NCBI GenBank assembly: GCA_963777605.1
Contig: CAVZRV010000007.1
Coordinates: forward strand, 544,001-608,000
Reading direction: 5' to 3'
Source: an uncultured Acidobacteriota bacterium
GTDB lineage: Bacteria > Acidobacteriota > UBA6911 > RPQK01 > JAPXNP01
Length of the DNA stretch: 64,000 nt
Shown: in pieces, positions 59,285 through 64,000 of the stretch
How positions within the stretch are numbered: the first letter of the stretch is position 1
How the letters are laid out: every line of letters starts with the position of its first letter
Notes under the pieces: generated by a model
Databases searched by the model: none
The model's input: only the letters and a program-made list of their open reading frames with translations
What the model was told of the DNA's origin: nothing
Program-made: the position numbers and the translations under genes

Positions 59285-61252
59285 ATGAATTTCAATCTGA
59301 GATTTCCTTTAGCAATCACCGCCTGCCTGGTCGCAGGCACGGCGTCTGTTTGTCTTCGGGCTGAGTCGGTTTCCTCTCCCGACAGTCGAATCGTCGTCAC
59401 TATTGAAACCGGTCCGGAACTGAGCTATTCGGTGTCCGTCGATTCGACAACGGTTCTGGCACCTTCTCCGCTTCGTCTTGTCCTCGATGATGGCCGGGAG
59501 CTGGGGCGAAACTCTTCTCTCGCCAGGACAGAGCGCAATTCGATCAACGAGGAAATCACTCCGGTCTTGCCCGAAAAACGTTCCCGAATCCACAACCAGG
59601 CCAATGAACTGACGCTCTTCTTCGACGGGGATTTCGGAGTGATTTTTCGCGCCTGCAATGACGGCGTCGCCTACCGCTTCTTCACCTCGATGAAAGGACA
59701 GATCCGAGTTCGAAATGAAGACGTTGCGTTTCGATTTCCCAAGGACTATTTGGTCTACATACCGCTCACGGAGAGCTTTCAAACCTCCTTTGAGAACAGC
59801 TACACCAAGGTCAATGCATCGGCCCTCAAACCCGACCAGATCGGTTTCCTGCCGGTTCTCGCGGAAGCGCCCGGAGGCCCGAAGATCCTTATTTCAGAAG
59901 CCGATTTGGACGACTACCCGGGGATGTTCATCACCGGTTCGGCTGACGGTACCGCGCAATTGCGAGGTCGCTTTGCTGCATACCCATTGAAGGAGGAACA
60001 GAAGCGTGACCGAACGCTGGCTGTCACCGAAAGGGCTGACTACATTGCCGAGACGACCGGAACGCGAGACTTTCCCTGGCGCGCGCTCTTGATCGCACGC
60101 CAGGATACCGAACTCGTCGAATCTGATTTCATGTTCCGGCTGGCTCCCGCCCAGAAGTTGCAGGATACGTCCTGGATTCGACCCGGGAAGCTGGCTTGGG
60201 ACTGGTGGAACGCAAACAACGTCTATGGTGTCGATTTCAAGTCTGGGATCAATACCGAGACCTACAAGTACTACATCGACTTCGCTGCGCAATACGGCAT
60301 CGAGTACATGGCTTTCGACGAAGGTTGGTCCGATACCACCGACCTGCTCAAGGTTAACCCGGATCTGGACATGCCGGGACTCATCCGTTACGCCCGTCAG
60401 AAAGGGGTAGGCGTCATTCTCTGGTGCGTCTGGCTGACGCTCGACCGCCAGATGGGGCCCGCCCTGGACGCCTTCCAGAAATGGGGCGTCAGCGGAGTCA
60501 AGGTGGATTTCATGGACCGCGACGACCAGAAAATCGTCAACTTCTATCACCGCCTCGCGGCTGAGGCAGGACGTCGGAAGTTGCTGGTCGATTTTCACGG
60601 CGCCTACAAACCGACAGGGCTACGCAGAGCCTATCCCAATGTCATCACCCGCGAAGCAGTGATGGGCTTGGAGTACTCAAAATGGAGCGACCGGGTGACG
60701 CCCGAATACGATGTCACCCTTCCCTTCATTCGCATGGCTGCCGGCCCGATGGATTTCACCCCGGGAGCGATGAACAACGCCCAGAAGAGAGATTTCCGGG
60801 CAATCTTCGAACGTCCGATGAGCCAGGGAACCCGACTCCACCAACTCGCCATGTACGTGGTCTACGAGAGCCCCCTTCAAATGCTCTCCGACTCGCCTTC
60901 AAACTACTATCGCGAGTCCGACATGATGGACTTTCTCTCCAAGGTCCCGTCAACGTGGGATGAGACTCGCGTGCTCCAGGGTAAGGTGGCCGAGTACGTC
61001 CTTGTGGCCAGGCGCAAGGGAAATGCATGGTTCGTCGGCGGTATGAACGGCGAGTCTGCCCGGAAACTTGATGTCGATCTCTCGTTCCTGCCCGCCGGAA
61101 ACTACACGGCGGACATTTACATGGACGGCATCAATGCCGACCGGTGGGCCACCGACTATCGCCGGGTTTCGGAGGAGGTCACGTCCCGCTCGGTCCTGAA
61201 GGCCGCCATGGCTCCGGGAGGCGGTTGGGTCGGGCGCATCACGGCACGCTGA
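59285..61252 (+). CDS. GH97 glycoside hydrolase (alpha-glucosidase/alpha-galactosidase family)
   Basis: Signal peptide; SSPD, DGVAYRF, PWR, WIRPGK.AWDWW, YIDFAA, DEGW, VKVDFMDRDDQ, DFHG, AGPMDFTPG, PSTWDET. Confidence 0.92.
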   Translation: MNFNLRFPLAITACLVAGTASVCLRAESVSSPDSRIVVTIETGPELSYSVSVDSTTVLAPSPLRLVLDDGRELGRNSSLARTERNSINEEITPVLPEKRSRIHNQANELTLFFDGDFGVIFRACNDGVAYRFFTSMKGQIRVRNEDVAFRFPKDYLVYIPLTESFQTSFENSYTKVNASALKPDQIGFLPVLAEAPGGPKILISEADLDDYPGMFITGSADGTAQLRGRFAAYPLKEEQKRDRTLAVTERADYIAETTGTRDFPWRALLIARQDTELVESDFMFRLAPAQKLQDTSWIRPGKLAWDWWNANNVYGVDFKSGINTETYKYYIDFAAQYGIEYMAFDEGWSDTTDLLKVNPDLDMPGLIRYARQKGVGVILWCVWLTLDRQMGPALDAFQKWGVSGVKVDFMDRDDQKIVNFYHRLAAEAGRRKLLVDFHGAYKPTGLRRAYPNVITREAVMGLEYSKWSDRVTPEYDVTLPFIRMAAGPMDFTPGAMNNAQKRDFRAIFERPMSQGTRLHQLAMYVVYESPLQMLSDSPSNYYRESDMMDFLSKVPSTWDETRVLQGKVAEYVLVARRKGNAWFVGGMNGESARKLDVDLSFLPAGNYTADIYMDGINADRWATDYRRVSEEVTSRSVLKAAMAPGGGWVGRITAR

Positions 61253-61443
61253 TCACCTGCGGTCGAATATCTGGCCCGATGGGGCGGCGAATTCCGGGTT
61301 CCGGAGTTCGCCTGTTCCGGGCACAATCGGTGTGAGCGAACATGAAGCTCCCGATCTCAACGTCCGGACATCCATGTTCCGCTTGAAGGGCTCCGCAGGA
61401 AAATCCACGACTCGCCTCCTTGAATGAAAGGTGCCCGCCTCGG

Positions 61444-62013
61444 CTAGAACTGGACTTTTGGGACTTGATCCGCTCCTTCGGCGGCCTCGAAGTACTCGGC
61501 CTGGTCAAATCCGAAAATCCCTGCAACCAGGTTCGTCGGAAACCGGCGCAAGGATGTGTTGTAAGTCCGGACGTTTTCGTTGTAGCGCCGGCGCTCGACG
61601 GCAATTCGGTTCTCTGTCCCCGCCAGTTCGTCCTGGAGTGCGAGGAAATTCTGGTTGGATTTCAGTTCGGGATAGTTCTCCGATACCAGAAGTAATCGAG
61701 AGAGAGTCCCTTCGAGGGCGGTAGCGGTCTCGGCCTTCTCTGCCACCGTCCGGGCCTGGCCCCACTGGCTGCGCAACCGGGTCACCTCTGTGAACACGTC
61801 CTTTTCCTGCTGCGCGTATCCCTTTACCGTGTTGACCAGGTTGGGAATGAGATCAAAGCGTCTTTGCAGCACGTTCTCCACCTGCGCCCAGGAACTGCTT
61901 ACGTTCTCGTTCAAGGTGACGAGGTTGTTGTAGGAACTGATCAGGCTCACTCCCAGAACCAGCCCGACCAGGACGACGAGAAGCAACAATCCGATGATGA
62001 TTTTCTTGGTCAT
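61444..62013 (-). CDS. lemA: LemA family protein
   Basis: N-terminal TM; YNNLV, QRRFDLIPNLVNTVKGYA, ENYPELKSNQNF..LQDEL.GTENRIAVERRRYN, FPTNLVA. Confidence 0.95.
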   Translation of the reverse strand: MTKKIIIGLLLLVVLVGLVLGVSLISSYNNLVTLNENVSSSWAQVENVLQRRFDLIPNLVNTVKGYAQQEKDVFTEVTRLRSQWGQARTVAEKAETATALEGTLSRLLLVSENYPELKSNQNFLALQDELAGTENRIAVERRRYNENVRTYNTSLRRFPTNLVAGIFGFDQAEYFEAAEGADQVPKVQF

Positions 62014-62053
62014 GCCCGAAGACTCCCTGTCGCTCTGGCGACGCCTTTACAAA

Positions 62054-62836
62054 TCAATCTACGTAGTTCGGCAGGATGTACTGGTCAACCGAATCCACAA
62101 ACCGCTCAGCTGACTCATGATACCGGGAAAACAGCTGCTCAGCGTCAACTTGTCGTCCTTTAACGGTCCCCTCCTTGATCTTCGCTACCATTTCGAACGG
62201 CTCGACATCGAACTTGAACCGCTCTCCAAGTTGGCGCATGGCTTCCAGCTTCTGCGGGGGTCTTGAGTCACCCACGAGACGCAGCGAAGCCCTCGCAAGC
62301 ACGAGAAATGAAGAAAGGGAGTCCACAAGCAGGCTAATAATCCGTCGCGGCTTGCCGTTCGTCCTGAGGAACCCCTCACGGAGTTGAATCAGCTTCCCTT
62401 TCAACTCATGTTCGAGTTGCAGGCGCAGGTTCTCTCCCGACACGTCAAGTTCGGCAACCAGGTCCTCTCCGGCAAGAACGCGGCGGGCGTCCTTGATGTC
62501 CAGGATCTCGATCGGGAAAACGTCGCACGACCGCTTCAGGCGCTCCCAGGTGAAGAACAGCGGCGGCGGGTTTCCCGCCCTGATCCACTTGTTGGTATGA
62601 GGCATCACTCGCTTCAGGTCGTCCAACGAGAGTTGCCCGATGATCACGAGCAGGTTGAAGTCGGAACCGGCACCCATGTGATCACCGGCCGCAGCGGATC
62701 CAAAGAGGATCGTCGATTTCAGGTTGGCTCCAAGAGCGTTCTTGAGGTTGTGAACCATCTCCTCGGGTGTCACTTGCGTCCCCCTTCCTGATTCCTGTTC
62801 ATTGCTCTCCAGGGCGGTCACCGACTGTGGCGTCAC
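62054..62836 (-). CDS. Pol-beta-superfamily nucleotidyltransferase-like domain + helical C-terminal domain
   Basis: LKSTILFGSAAAGD...SDFNLLVI, DVFPIEILDI...LAGED, LRLQLEHELKGKLIQLRE; start 62836 (GTGA overlap) or 62773. Confidence 0.7.
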   Translation of the reverse strand: MTPQSVTALESNEQESGRGTQVTPEEMVHNLKNALGANLKSTILFGSAAAGDHMGAGSDFNLLVIIGQLSLDDLKRVMPHTNKWIRAGNPPPLFFTWERLKRSCDVFPIEILDIKDARRVLAGEDLVAELDVSGENLRLQLEHELKGKLIQLREGFLRTNGKPRRIISLLVDSLSSFLVLARASLRLVGDSRPPQKLEAMRQLGERFKFDVEPFEMVAKIKEGTVKGRQVDAEQLFSRYHESAERFVDSVDQYILPNYVD

Positions 62837-63624
62837 CAACCGCGCCCTGCACCGCCTCCACCGGAAGAACCTCCCCCGAAACCGCCAAAGCCGCCACCAC
62901 CAAATCCGCCCCCGGAACCTCCCGATCCGCGGCCCACACCCGAACTGAGAAGCAGAAAGAACAGCCAGGGATGCCGGATGAACAGGTAAACGGCAGCAAT
63001 CAGAACGATGACGAAGAAGATAGTCTCGCCGCAGGTAAGTGGTTGCCCTTGCGTCTGCAACCGCGCCGGCTCCCGGATTCCGGAAAGTCCGCTCAGCTGA
63101 ACCCCGGAATTCTGCGCAATGATCTCGGCAAAGTGCCGGGCGCCGGAGGACAGTCCCCCGGCGTAGTCGCCGCTCTTGAAGAAGGGGATCACACTCTCGT
63201 CGAGGATCCTGCCCACCCTCGCGTCCGGAAGCAGCGGTTCCAGACCGTACCCGACTTCAACCCAGATCCGACGCTCCTTCGCGGCCATCAGCATCAGCAG
63301 CCCACGATCGTCTTTGTGCCCGATGCCCCATCGTTCGAAGAGTCGGTTCGAGAAATCCCTGATCTCCTGACCCTGGAGACTGGCTATCGTCACGACCGAG
63401 AACTGCACTCCGGTCTTCCGGTCCAACTCCCCGAGCAGACTCTCGAGCTGAGCAGAAGGGCCCGGACCGATGACGCCCGCAAAATCGTTGACGTAACCTC
63501 GGGGAGTCAGTCCCTGCAGAGGGTCTTCGACCTGGGCCCGGGAATAACCCGGGACCAGGGAACACACGAGCAAGATTCCGAGAATTGCCAACGCCCACAA
63601 AGTGAGCTTTCGAGCGAGTTTCAT
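62833..63624 (-). CDS. TPM-domain membrane protein (YgcG-like)
   Basis: Signal/TM; YVNDFAGVI, WGIGHKDDRGLL, RIWVEVGYGLE.LLPD, Gly-rich tail GGFGGGSSGGGGAGRGW. Confidence 0.92.
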   Translation of the reverse strand: MKLARKLTLWALAILGILLVCSLVPGYSRAQVEDPLQGLTPRGYVNDFAGVIGPGPSAQLESLLGELDRKTGVQFSVVTIASLQGQEIRDFSNRLFERWGIGHKDDRGLLMLMAAKERRIWVEVGYGLEPLLPDARVGRILDESVIPFFKSGDYAGGLSSGARHFAEIIAQNSGVQLSGLSGIREPARLQTQGQPLTCGETIFFVIVLIAAVYLFIRHPWLFFLLLSSGVGRGSGGSGGGFGGGGFGGFGGGSSGGGGAGRGW

Positions 63625-64000
63625 TCGCTACTCCAGCTTATTCCAAATCGCACCGAACGTCCTGGTTCCAGAACGGACTTTCGGTCAGCCGTGGCAAAGA
63701 AAGACTCGTTGAACAAGTTGTCCGCCCGGGCGAAGACCTCCATTCCCGAAACAACCTTGTATCCGGCGAAAACCGACAACGGGTGGGCTCGTGGAATCAC
63801 CTTCTCACCGCTTCCGGGATCCTTCTTGGAGGCCAGGAAATCGCAGTCTGCTCCAGCATTCCAACTCCCCTCCTTGTAGCGGAATCCCCCTCCAAGCCGA
63901 TGCACCGGAATATCGGATAGAGGGGCACCGTTCGAGTCACTTCCCCGCAGAAAATGTCCTCTCGCGAACAACTTGAGCCTTTCGGACGGTCCCCAGGCGG
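63621..64000 (-). CDS. TonB-dependent receptor, C-terminal part (5' end outside the window)
   Basis: Frame open to the window edge; alternating beta strands and a terminal ADNLFNESF...EPGRSVRFGISW typical of TBDR barrels; ATGA overlap with the TPM gene. Confidence 0.7.
   Translation of the reverse strand, partial: AWGPSERLKLFARGHFLRGSDSNGAPLSDIPVHRLGGGFRYKEGSWNAGADCDFLASKKDPGSGEKVIPRAHPLSVFAGYKVVSGMEVFARADNLFNESFFATADRKSVLEPGRSVRFGISWSSE

Noticed and set aside
62054-62836. Nucleotidyltransferase as a CBASS/cGAS-like cyclase or MNT-HEPN toxin-antitoxin
   Set aside because: No effector or cap genes, no separate HEPN gene with an RxxxxH motif, and the context is lemA/TPM.
62840-62935. GGC/GGT-rich low-complexity repeat
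   Set aside because: It encodes the normal Gly-rich tail of TPM-domain proteins.
62767-63879. 370-aa plus-strand ORF
   Set aside because: Antisense to the TPM and TonB receptor genes.

Overview
GC-rich, gene-dense bacterial chromosome segment from a diderm (TonB receptor, RND/OMF pump, Tat- and Sec-exported glycoside hydrolases, sigma54 regulation). An Acidobacteriota/PVC-like environmental heterotroph is my guess, not something the sequence proves. I see about 55 CDSs and no rRNA, tRNA, CRISPR array, prophage or intact IS. Recognisable blocks are an RND efflux operon, dispersed CAZymes (GH50-, GH95-, GH109-, GH127-, GH97-like), an ECF sigma/anti-sigma/Spy-like triad, sodC, a c-type-heme sensor kinase with a sigma54 activator, hypABFCDE without hydrogenase structural genes, and a TonB receptor-TPM-nucleotidyltransferase-LemA run. 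The best candidate for an undescribed system is 19379-28920. It is a translationally coupled 4-gene operon (NTT/MFS-HEAT-cNMP transporter-like protein, HAMP sensor with a beta-propeller inserted in its Cache-like domain, stand-alone cNMP-fold protein, second HAMP pseudo-phosphatase) set divergently from a porin and a membrane adenylate cyclase that carries the same Cache-like sensor domain. The second candidate is a full sigma54 promoter (tandem UAS, IHF site, -24/-12) driving an unannotated 45-aa membrane peptide next to the heme-sensing two-component system. All family calls come from motif recognition by eye; no database searches were run.
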